Below, one piece after another: positions 28,116-37,500 of a DNA stretch of 56,654 nt. Source of the stretch: Candidatus Sericytochromatia bacterium (GTDB lineage: Bacteria > Cyanobacteriota > Sericytochromatia > UBA7694); assembly GCA_015272195.1 (NCBI GenBank), contig JACYMC010000233.1, positions 1-56,654 on the forward strand, in the 5' to 3' direction. Each line of letters starts with the position of its first letter. Positions within the stretch are counted from its first letter, which is position 1. The notes under the pieces are model-generated. The model saw nothing but the letters and a program-made list of their open reading frames with translations. It was not told the origin of the DNA and ran no database searches. The translations under genes were made by a program, and so were the position numbers.

Positions 28116-28664
28116 ATGCTCGAAAAACTGTTGCGTTTTCAGACCATTCCCGGCCCTTATCTGGGCCCGGCCCAGCCGCTGCAAGCCACCGCACAGACGG
28201 CCCCCGCGCGTTTTCAGCACTGGCTGCAGCAAACCCAAAGCCCACAGCCCCAGCCCCTGCTGCCGCTTAAATCCGTCTCACAGCATTTGCAGATCAACCT
28301 GCGTCCGGCAGCCCAGCCGGGCCAGTACCAGCTGCAGCATCAGCCCCTGCAGAGTATCAGCCAGCTGAGCCAGACCGTTCAGCAACAGCTGCAGCAGCAT
28401 CCGGCCCGCAGCCAGTCGCTCGAAGCCTGGCTGCAGGCCAGTCTGCTGCTGCTCTGCTTCAAAACAGCCAAAGGGCGGCGCCCCCCGCCGGAACTGCTGC
28501 AGCCCAGCCCCTTCGCCATGCTTTCGGCCCTGCCCACTGAACGCAGTTATGCCCACGAACGCCAGCGCCTGCGGCGGACGTCTCTGACGGGTCGCCACTT
28601 CTGGGATTTTGAGCTGACCTGGGAAAAAACACCCGCTGAAGAAGCCGAAGCCGGCGCGCTTTAA
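28116..28664 (+). CDS. Hypothetical Gln/Leu/Pro-rich protein
   Basis: Fills the gap between flanking genes with host-like codon usage; start uncertain (ATG 28116 assumed). Confidence 0.5.
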   Translation: MLEKLLRFQTIPGPYLGPAQPLQATAQTAPARFQHWLQQTQSPQPQPLLPLKSVSQHLQINLRPAAQPGQYQLQHQPLQSISQLSQTVQQQLQQHPARSQSLEAWLQASLLLLCFKTAKGRRPPPELLQPSPFAMLSALPTERSYAHERQRLRRTSLTGRHFWDFELTWEKTPAEEAEAGAL

Positions 28665-29482
28665 TCCGCGCTTTGCGGGTCAGAGAAATCTTTTTTGCGC
28701 CGTGACGCTTCGTCAGCGGCAGCACTGTCTGCCACTGCAGGCCAGACCTGTTCCTGAGCCTGCAGGGTCTGGAGCAGGAGCGCAGCCGCCTGCTGAGCGG
28801 CCTGCTGATACACGGGCAGCAGGGCTTCTTCGACCCGTTTGCGCGCGGCCTGCGGGCCGGGCAAAGGCCCCAGTTGCTTCAGTGGCGGATGGCTGAAACG
28901 ATCGGGCTGCCGCAGCAGCAGGGGAGCGGGCAGGGGCTGACCCCAGAAGCGAACCGGATCAGCTGAGAGGGGGGGCGCTTCAAGCGCAGGCAGACACTCC
29001 AGCTGGGGTTCAAAGCCCTGCAGGCGCAACAGCAGTGACGGGTCACGGGCCATATCTTCTGCCAGCACACAGGCCACGGCCAGGGCGTGCTTGCAGGGTG
29101 CGCTCCAGTCGGGGCAGGAACAGTCAAAGCCCATCTGAATGTCCGGATCAGGCAGCAGGGAGTGGCCCTGCAGATGCAGGGCCTGCTCCCAGGCATAAGG
29201 AATCAGCTCAATCTGCGGAAACGCACGCAGGGCCTGCTGCAGAAAGCTTTGGACCGCCGCCGGCAGCGGGGCAAAGTGCAAACTGGTGTAATAGGCCTGG
29301 CTGCGCCCGCCTTTGACACGTGCCTGCACCCGCCCGTTTTCGTCACCGAGCAGATAGACCCGACCCTGCTGGGCGTACTGGCGGGCACGCTGCATGCGGC
29401 TGGGGTCACATTCGGTCAGCAGATCCAGCCAGCCCTGGCTCCACCAGGGCGACTGAAAGCGACGGTAAAGATCTACACCCAT
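28661..29482 (-). CDS. SWIM zinc-finger protein (SNF2-associated)
   Basis: RMQRARQYA..G.V, CSCPDWSAPCKHALA, DPSLLLRLQG; overlaps the end of the SNF2 gene. Confidence 0.9.
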   Translation of the reverse strand: MGVDLYRRFQSPWWSQGWLDLLTECDPSRMQRARQYAQQGRVYLLGDENGRVQARVKGGRSQAYYTSLHFAPLPAAVQSFLQQALRAFPQIELIPYAWEQALHLQGHSLLPDPDIQMGFDCSCPDWSAPCKHALAVACVLAEDMARDPSLLLRLQGFEPQLECLPALEAPPLSADPVRFWGQPLPAPLLLRQPDRFSHPPLKQLGPLPGPQAARKRVEEALLPVYQQAAQQAAALLLQTLQAQEQVWPAVADSAAADEASRRKKDFSDPQSAD

Positions 29483-32457
29483 GCCAGTTCCGCCTGATTC
29501 ATCTGAAAGAGGTCACGCAGCTGATCGTCATCCAGCTCCGTCAGCCACTGCTCGCCACTGCCAATGATCTGACCGGCCAGGGCCTGCTTTTCGTCGATCA
29601 GGCTGTCGATCTTTTCTTCCAGGGTACCGCTGCAGATCAGTTTGTGCACCTGCACGCGCCGGGTCTGGCCAATGCGGTAGGCCCGGTCCGTGGCCTGGTT
29701 TTCGACCGCCGGATTCCACCAGCGGTCAAAGTGAAACACATGGCTGGCTGCCGTCAGGTTCAGGCCTGTGCCGCCGGCTTTGAGGCTCAGCACAAAAATC
29801 GGGCAATCGGCTTCGTTCTGAAAGCGGGCCACCAGATCGCCGCGCTGGTGCACGGGCGTGCCACCGTGCAAAAAGAGAATTTCCTGGCCCGTGGCCCTGT
29901 GCAGGGCCTGCTGCAGCAGGGTGCCCATTTCAGCAAACTGAGTAAAAACCAGGGCTTTTTCGCCGCTGACCAGCACCTCGGCCAGCATCTCCTGCAAGCG
30001 GTCAAGCTTGCCTGAACGCCCGTTAAAGCGTCCGCTTTCTTTGAGAAAGTGCAGCGGGTGATTGCAGATCTGTTTGAGCTGAATCAGGGCTTTAAGAATC
30101 AGCCCCCGGCGCTGCAGACCCGGTGTGGCACCGGCCAGGGCGTTTTCAATCTCTTGCACCACCGCCGCATACAGGCTGGCCTGTTCGCGGCTCAGGGGGC
30201 AGTAGACCTTCATTTCCTGCTTTTCGGGCAGCTCAGGGGCTATGGCCGGATCACTTTTGAGACGGCGCAGAATAAACGGGGCCGTCAGCTGATGCAGGCG
30301 CTGGGTGGTCTGGGGATCGCGCAGGCGCTGAATGGGGGTTAAAAAATGGCTTTTAAAATAGTGCTGACTGCCCAGCAGGCCCGGATTGAGAAAGTCCATC
30401 AGACTCCAGAGATCGCCGACGTGGTTTTCGACCGGCGTGCCGGTCAGCACCAGGCGCCAGTCGGCATTGAGGCTGCGCACGGCTTTGGATTGTTTGGTCA
30501 GCGGGTTTTTAATGTTCTGGGCTTCGTCCAGAATCACGCCCTGCCAGGCCAGCTGCGCAAAGTCGGCCTGATCGCGCTGGGCCAGGGCATAACTGGTAAT
30601 GGTCAGGGTCTGCCGGGCGATCTGTTCGCGCAGGGCTTCGCCGCGCAGGCGCTCTGGGCCATGGTGAATGCCCAGCTGCAGCTGCGGGGCAAAGCGCCGG
30701 GCCTCATGGGCCCAGTTGCTGAGCAGGGAGCTGGGGCAGACGAGCAGATAGGGGCCGGTCTGGCCCTGCTCATAAAAATGCTGAATCAGGGCCAGGGTCT
30801 GAATGGTTTTGCCCAGGCCCATATCGTCGGCCAGACAGGCCCCCAGACCGTGGCTGCTTAAAAAGGCCAGCCAGTTCAGGCCCCGCTCCTGATACGGCCG
30901 CAGCGTACCGCTGAAGCCTTTGGGCAGGCCAATCGGGTCGGGTTCGCGCACGCCGCGCAGGCGCTCCAGCACCTCCTGCAGCTCACCGTGCAGCTGAATG
31001 CGCTCCAGCTCAAAGGGGGCACTCTCACCGGCAGCACCCAGCGCCAGCAGGTCTTTGAGCTGCATGTTTTGCTGACGCTGCCAGAAGGCCAGCGCCTGGG
31101 CCAGCTGCTCCGGGTCCACCGCCAGCCAGCGGCCGCGCCACTGCAGCAGCGGCGCCTGCTGGGCAGCCAGGGCGCGCAGTTCTTCGATACTAATGGCCTC
31201 ATCACCCAGCATCAGCTGCCAGTTGGCCTCCACAATGGCGTTCAGCGAGAGCTTGCCTGCACTGTAGCCCTGACCCTGAAAGCTGGCGCTGCCGCGCAGG
31301 CGCGTGGCCCCTTTGAGCCACCAGGCCGGCAGGCGCAGGCCAAAACCCGCCTGCTCCAGATCCTGCACGCAGGCCAGAAACTGCTCTACCTGACTGAGGT
31401 TCAGCTCCAGGTGCAGATCGGGCCCCAGATGCTGGTGCAAACCGTGCAGCAGCGGGCAGAGCTGCCCGGCCTGGGCAATGGCGGCCTGCACAAAGCTGCG
31501 GGCCGCCGGCAAGCGGCTGCGCAGGCTCTCAGGCTGCTGATCCAGCCCCAGCCAGAGCACGTCAACCGGAATATACAGGCCCGGCTCCTGACGCCATTGC
31601 AGCAAGAGGCGCAAAAACCAGTGGGGCTGCGCTTCGCTGGGTTCTTCAAGCTGAAACACCAGCTGAAAGGGCGCATCGGCCAGCAGCCGGACGGTCTCCT
31701 GCCAGCGGCTGATCTGGCGCTGCAAAGGCTGCAGATCCTCGGGCTTGCCCTGCACCTGGCCATTGCGGCGGCGCAGGGCCTGCAGCCAGGCCTCCCGCGC
31801 CGGCAGCTGGCGCCGCCGCTTAAAAGCCGCTTCTACTCCTGGCGGATCCTGGCGCACCAGGGCATCAGCCAGCTGCTGCAACGCGCCAAAAAGCACCTCC
31901 AGCGGCTGGTCCAGCGGCGGGGTCTCGCGGGAGTCCGTCAGGGCCTGCACCACGCCGGGCAGGTAGCTGGCCAGCTGCTGCAACTGCTCGTGTTCATGGT
32001 TGCTGAGCAAAGCGTGCCAGCGCGAATGCCACTGATCAGCGTCAAGCTGCTGCAAATCGGGCAGCAGGGCCTGACGCCAGACCAGACTCGCAGCCAGGCG
32101 CAGCAGCTGATACCAGACCGTGATCTCAGCACCATGGCGGGTGGCCGTCAGGGGCTCAGCCAGATGGCCCCAGTCGCGCAGCCAGCTGAGTACCTTGCCT
32201 GGCGGCAGCTTCAAGGCCTGGCTTTGCCAGGGCTGCAGCTGCAGGCCACGGGCATCCGGGGCCCACAGCCAGGGCGTCAGCAGGTGCAAGGCCTCCGGGC
32301 GCTCCGAAAGCTTCAGCTGCCGCAGAATCTGATACAGCATCTCGCGACGCAGCAGACCCGGCCAGGCCTGACCGGGTGTCGCCGGTGCGGCCAGCTCCGG
32401 CGTATCGGCCCAGAAGGCAAACTGCTTGTCAAAGTAGCTGAGATGCAAAACGATCAT
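29473..32457 (-). CDS. SNF2-family helicase/ATPase (YwqA/HelZ type)
   Basis: LRPYQERG, LADDMGLGKT, DEAQNIKN, TGTPVEN, KQICNHP, SLKAGGTGLNLT, WWNPAVENQATDRAYRIGQ. Confidence 0.95.
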   Translation of the reverse strand: MIVLHLSYFDKQFAFWADTPELAAPATPGQAWPGLLRREMLYQILRQLKLSERPEALHLLTPWLWAPDARGLQLQPWQSQALKLPPGKVLSWLRDWGHLAEPLTATRHGAEITVWYQLLRLAASLVWRQALLPDLQQLDADQWHSRWHALLSNHEHEQLQQLASYLPGVVQALTDSRETPPLDQPLEVLFGALQQLADALVRQDPPGVEAAFKRRRQLPAREAWLQALRRRNGQVQGKPEDLQPLQRQISRWQETVRLLADAPFQLVFQLEEPSEAQPHWFLRLLLQWRQEPGLYIPVDVLWLGLDQQPESLRSRLPAARSFVQAAIAQAGQLCPLLHGLHQHLGPDLHLELNLSQVEQFLACVQDLEQAGFGLRLPAWWLKGATRLRGSASFQGQGYSAGKLSLNAIVEANWQLMLGDEAISIEELRALAAQQAPLLQWRGRWLAVDPEQLAQALAFWQRQQNMQLKDLLALGAAGESAPFELERIQLHGELQEVLERLRGVREPDPIGLPKGFSGTLRPYQERGLNWLAFLSSHGLGACLADDMGLGKTIQTLALIQHFYEQGQTGPYLLVCPSSLLSNWAHEARRFAPQLQLGIHHGPERLRGEALREQIARQTLTITSYALAQRDQADFAQLAWQGVILDEAQNIKNPLTKQSKAVRSLNADWRLVLTGTPVENHVGDLWSLMDFLNPGLLGSQHYFKSHFLTPIQRLRDPQTTQRLHQLTAPFILRRLKSDPAIAPELPEKQEMKVYCPLSREQASLYAAVVQEIENALAGATPGLQRRGLILKALIQLKQICNHPLHFLKESGRFNGRSGKLDRLQEMLAEVLVSGEKALVFTQFAEMGTLLQQALHRATGQEILFLHGGTPVHQRGDLVARFQNEADCPIFVLSLKAGGTGLNLTAASHVFHFDRWWNPAVENQATDRAYRIGQTRRVQVHKLICSGTLEEKIDSLIDEKQALAGQIIGSGEQWLTELDDDQLRDLFQMNQAELAWV

Positions 32458-32608
32458 TCACTCAGCATAGCGCAGCTCAGACTTTACGGGCAGCAGAATG
32501 CCCTAAAACAAAGAGAGTACAGGCACTGTCTGAGCGGCAGGTGAACTGAATCCAGAGCACGGTGATACACAAATTAAATCCTGAAGCAACATCTTGTTTA
32601 TTTTTTGC

Positions 32609-32637
32609 TTGACGCACTCTTTTGTGTGACATATTAT
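32609..32637 (+). promoter_or_regulatory. Sigma70-type promoter
   Basis: TTGACG-17-TATTAT about 50 bp upstream of ATG 32689. Confidence 0.65.
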
Positions 32638-32688
32638 TCAGCTTATCTTTTTAATGTATTAATAAAGTCTATTCTTCAAGAGGCTTCT

Positions 32689-34512
32689 ATGAATCTGAAA
32701 AACGCATCCGTTTCTGCGCGTCTTTTATGCGCTGGCAGCATGATGCTCGTTGGCTGTGTTCCGCCATCTGCATCCGGACCCCAGAGCGGTTCCACCAGCG
32801 AAACAGGTTTATTTGAAGCTATCGCAGCAGGCAATTGGGAAAATCCACCTGAGGCCTTAAACAACCCCTTTGGAGAAGGAGCCTGCAGCATGGGGTTTGA
32901 GGCCACCGTGCGCAGCGGTCCCAGCCAGGGCACGCAGCTGACAGGCCTGCTCACTTTTAAAACCCTGGCAAACGGCCAGCTTGAAAACGCAAAGCTGATT
33001 TCAGCAACAGGTGAAACGATTGCTGTGGATGGACAGATTGTCAATGGTCGGGCTTCACTGAACTTTCGCCTGGCCGACGGCGGAGTGGTCGCGGGCACCG
33101 GTGAATTTGAAAACCGTCAGAATCTCTGCGCAGGGACATTAACAGGCCCCCTGACCGGTCCACAGCCAGGCGACAGTGGCGACTGGCTCGGAGACGCTGA
33201 TGGTACGGCCCCTGTTCCTGATATGCCTGGCACCATCGCTTATTCGGTCACAGTTACAAATCAGGTCTTTATTTTGGACACCACAACAAATACCAGCACA
33301 CAAATCGCAGGCCTGAGCGAATCCGCCACAGATACCTTACTGAATGGTCCCACAGGTGTGGTTTACATTGAACGGCAGCTGAATAATCGGGATACGTCTG
33401 CGGCCAGAGACAATACAGACGGCCTCTGGATTTCTGATACGGGCAATCAGAGAGTGCTTCAATACAAATACAACGCCACCAACCAGACCTGGGAAAAAAG
33501 CAGCCAGCAGATCAATCTGTCCACCCTGCAGACCCTCTACCCGGAAGCAAGCCAGTTTACACCACGGGGATTGACAGAATACAACTACACCAATGCACTG
33601 GGCAACATCCGGACCCTGCTGATTGCGGATCAGCATAACCATCATGTGTTTTCTTTTAGCGGCGAAGGCTTCCCCGGTCGCGCCCCAAGACCGATAGCTT
33701 TTTTAGGCCGCTTTAATTATTCGCTCGATAATGCAGCCAATGCCCTTGGCAGCCGAACACCACTGCCGGGAAACACCCAAATTTTGCGTTTATTCCGGTC
33801 CGCTGTTAACACCGATTTTGCCGCCCCTATTTTTGGCGATATTGAAATGCCCGTATACAGTGGCAGAGGCCTGCTTAAAAGTCCGGTGTCCTTGCTGCCC
33901 AAACGCGTGGTCCACCGTGTCAACGGCCTGTCCATCAGTTCAGCAGATAATTGCACCCAGTCCTTTGCCAATATCCCTGGCATCCAGGCGCGTTCTACAC
34001 TGAATCAATCCACAGCAACCTTTCCAGAACCAGCCGCTTTATCCAGACCGACTGATCATCATTTACTGACGGGCGTAGGCAGAAATCAGGCCCCCGGCTG
34101 TTACAGCGTTGAAAACACCCTTATCGCAGCGCAAAATACCGTTTCTGAGAGTCCTACACCAACACCTACGCCTACACCAGTGCCAACACCTACACAAGCG
34201 CCAGTGCCAACACCTACGCCGACAGTACCCTCAGGGCCCAGTTTAACCCTCAGCCACACAGAAGTGCAGATGCTGCCCGGCGAGGCGCTGAACCTGACAG
34301 CGAGAGCCTTTGACGCCAAAGGAAACCCTTCAGAGAATATGAGCTGGACGAGCTCAGATGCCAAAATCGTCAGACTGTCTGCCAAGGGTTCTCAGGCCAG
34401 CATCGAAGCCCTTGCTGAAGGCCGTCTGGAAATCGCGGTGGACTTTCCTGAAGCCAATCTCAGAGCCTTTATTGTGGTCACGGTGCGCGCTGAAAAAGCC
34501 ACAGAAAAATAA
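32689..34512 (+). CDS. Surface lipoprotein with NHL-like repeats, Pro/Thr linker and C-terminal Big_2-like Ig domain
   Basis: Lipobox LVGC; LNGPTGV, LWISDTGNQRV, LLIADQHNHHV; PTPTPTP linker; LTARAFDAKG...SWTSSDAKIV. Visibly more AT-rich than its neighbours. Confidence 0.7.
   Translation: MNLKNASVSARLLCAGSMMLVGCVPPSASGPQSGSTSETGLFEAIAAGNWENPPEALNNPFGEGACSMGFEATVRSGPSQGTQLTGLLTFKTLANGQLENAKLISATGETIAVDGQIVNGRASLNFRLADGGVVAGTGEFENRQNLCAGTLTGPLTGPQPGDSGDWLGDADGTAPVPDMPGTIAYSVTVTNQVFILDTTTNTSTQIAGLSESATDTLLNGPTGVVYIERQLNNRDTSAARDNTDGLWISDTGNQRVLQYKYNATNQTWEKSSQQINLSTLQTLYPEASQFTPRGLTEYNYTNALGNIRTLLIADQHNHHVFSFSGEGFPGRAPRPIAFLGRFNYSLDNAANALGSRTPLPGNTQILRLFRSAVNTDFAAPIFGDIEMPVYSGRGLLKSPVSLLPKRVVHRVNGLSISSADNCTQSFANIPGIQARSTLNQSTATFPEPAALSRPTDHHLLTGVGRNQAPGCYSVENTLIAAQNTVSESPTPTPTPTPVPTPTQAPVPTPTPTVPSGPSLTLSHTEVQMLPGEALNLTARAFDAKGNPSENMSWTSSDAKIVRLSAKGSQASIEALAEGRLEIAVDFPEANLRAFIVVTVRAEKATEK
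34150..34230 (+). repeat. Pro/Thr-coding tandem repeat
   Basis: CCAGTGCCAACACCTAC at 34177 and 34201 (24-bp period) plus shorter ACACCT/ACGCCT units. Confidence 0.8.
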
Positions 34513-34589
34513 GCGGCACTCTGCTCTGCATTATCAGGACTTGATCAGCGAACCTCGGCTTATCAAGTCCTGAATGCATACAGCCTGGC

Positions 34590-37500
34590 TCAGCGTCGGT
34601 GCGGTGGCTGAACGCGGCGTGGCGACGCCGGGCGCGTACCAAGAGCGGCATGCAGCCGCTGGCGCTCGGCATCGGTCAGCGTGGCCTCAAAGCGGGCCTG
34701 CTGATCTGCGGGCACGCTGTCCAGAATCCGGCGAATCAGGTTTTTTTCGCTGCTGTCGACGCGCTCCAGAAAGCCTTTGTTATCGGCCAGGGTGACGGCC
34801 ATAATGGCCCGGTTCTGCAGGGGGTAGCGCTGTAAGTCAGGTTGCTTTTGCAGGGCCTCGCGCACGAGGTTGTCGTAGTCATTGCCCACCGTACTCAGCA
34901 TGCGGCGCAGCTGATTCGGGCTGGCCTGCTGCATGATCAGGGCCAGGCGGCCTGCTTCAAGTCCTTCGATGACCGACTCGACCTGACCTGCCGTGCGGGC
35001 CTGGCCGCTGACGGGGTCGCTGAAGAGGCGCTGCTCCAGTTTGTCCTGCTGACGCTGGCGGAAACCGGCGTTATAGGCCTTGGTATCGGTGTAGGCAAAT
35101 TGCATTTCAATGCTGTTATCTGAGCGGGTGTTGACAGACTGGATCTGCAGGTTGTCGCGGTGCAGCAGGCGCTCCGAGAACTCGTTCAGTGAGAGCGTCA
35201 GCTGATTGCCCTGGCGGTCAATATCCAGCAGGTAGTCGTTGAGCTTGCCCTCGCTGAAGCGGGTGGCCAGCCCCCGCGCCGACAAGAAGCCCAGCAGTTT
35301 GGCACGATCCACGCTCAGCTGAATCTGATCGCCTTCAAAATCCACCTTGATCAGGCCATCGGCATACCAGCGGTCAATTTTGACTTCAAAGCGGCCGTTT
35401 TCAAAGCTGACTTCCGGCTTCAGATTGACGCCAGCCCCTTTAAGGCTGCGCTCCACCAGCGACTGAACAGACTGATTGAACTCAGGTTGCCTGGGCTGCA
35501 AACGGGCCGTACCCGTCAGTTCGACCTGGGGGCGCTGTGCGGCACCCGGCAGGGTGAGGTTGTTCAACTGCAGTTCAATGCTGCCCTGACCCAGCTGGGT
35601 ATCGAGATCGGGGAAGCGCATGCGGGCGCTGAGGGTCTGACCCTCGGCCAGCGCATTGCCATCGCTGGCGTCACCCCGCCAGTGGCCCTGATCAATATCC
35701 AGGGTGATGGCCGGGTTCAAAAAGATGTTCGGCACAGCCTGATCGCGCTGGCGGGCGGCCCATTTTTCAGAAACCGTTTCGAGAATGGCAAGGGCATCAG
35801 GGTTACCTGAAATAATATCGCGCAGGCGGGTGCTGTCGAGGTGCAGCTTGCCGGCCAGGGCGTCCACCTGAAAACCCTGGGCACGGGCTTCTTCGCCATC
35901 CACCGCCAGAAAGCCATCGACCTGCATCTGGCCGCCAAGTTCGCCGCGCACCAGCGGGGTCTGCACCTGGCCCCGAATCTCCGTGCGCATCTGGTCCAGA
36001 CTGACCTGGCCTTCGCGGGCCTGCAAATTGCTTAAGGTACCGTCCTGGGCTTCTACCCGCAGGCGGGTGCGCACCTGATCGTTTTCTTTCAACTCTGAGG
36101 CGGCATGGCCATCAAAGTGGGCCTCAGCCATCTGTACGCCGTCAGCTTCGCTGCTGCGGATATCTGCCGCCTGCAGATTCAGCGCAGCTTCGGCCTCCCC
36201 CTGCTGGTTTTGGCTCAGATCCCGGCGGGTCTGCAGGCGGGCTGAAAGCTCGGTTTCGCTGACCTGTGCGCCGCGTGGGTTAACATCAATCTGCTGCATA
36301 CTGAGTTCACCGCTGGCGCTGAAGTCCTGACGGTCTTCAGGGTCCTGCAGGCTGCCACGGGCTTCAGCGGCCAGACCCTGCACCTCAAGACGGGCCGAGT
36401 CAGGCTCACCCAGACTGCGCCGGGTGTTGACCTGTTCCAGGGTCAGACTGCCCGATAATTCGGCCTGACGCCCCGTTTCGCTTTGCTGCTGCAGCTCGCC
36501 GCTGAGGCGGGCCCGGGCGATTTCGCTGCGCACAAGACCCTGTTCCTGCACCAGCTCACCGGCACCGCCTTCAAGGCGGGCCCAAACGGTCAGCGCTTCA
36601 TCCGGGGCATCTGCTGCATTGCCGCGCGGGGTGGCTTCGGCTTCAGCCTGAACAGGCTCCCAGCTGAGACGCTGGGCGTCAGGCGACTGGGTATAGGTGA
36701 TGGCCTCCTGCTGCAGGCGGGCGCTGAAATCGCCCTGGCCGGACGCGTTTTGGGTCTGGGCCTGCAGGCTGGCGCTGAGCTGCTGCAATTGCAGCAGCAT
36801 TTGCTGATCCTGACGCTGCCAGCTGGCAGCGCCCATGCTGCCCTGCAGCTGTATGTCGAGACTGGCATCATCCAGCATGCGGCTGAAGGCAAAAATATCC
36901 TGTACCGCACGCTGAAAAGGCTCATCATTGAGCAAACCCAGGGTTTTTTCAATTTGTTCAGGACTCAGACCCAGACTCTCAGAAACATTGGCCAGCGCTT
37001 CAGGGGTAGCGGATTTAAGCAGCGCATCAAGCTGGCGCTGGCCAAAGGCTTGCAACACCTGCTCAAACTGCTGACGGCTGAGGCCAAGCGCCGCCAGGCG
37101 CTCCACCACCGTATCGCGAAAATCGCTTAGCAGGCTCTGAATCTGAACCATGCGCTCAGCGTCGAGGTGGGTGCTTGCACTTAATTGTGCTGTGGTTTCG
37201 CCAACACGCAGCTGCTGACTGCCGTCTGGCATCAGCTCAGCCGCCAGCTGCTGGCTGCGCAGCTGCAGATCGGCAAAACGGGAGCCATCAGCCCGCACGG
37301 CCTGGGCCTGCAGCGTCAGGCTGTCGGCTTCAGCACGGTGGCGCTGGCCGTCGGTCTGCAAACGCAGGTTTGTTTCAGCCTGAGCGCTAATCAGGGCATC
37401 ACCGGCAGTATTGTTCAGACTGCCCTGGGCCTGTACTTCAGCGTGGGCGCTGGCACGCAACTGTTCTGCCTGCTGCAGCTGTAAATCACCACTGCTCTGC

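Noticed and set aside
28661-32457. SNF2+SWIM pair as a novel defence system
   Set aside because: A widespread known pairing (YwqA/YwqB, HelZ type) with no adjacent nuclease or MTase genes.
30988-32544. 518-aa plus-strand ORF
   Set aside because: Antisense shadow of the SNF2 gene.
34150-34230. Short direct repeats as a CRISPR array
   Set aside because: In-frame Pro/Thr linker codons; no unique spacers and no cas genes.
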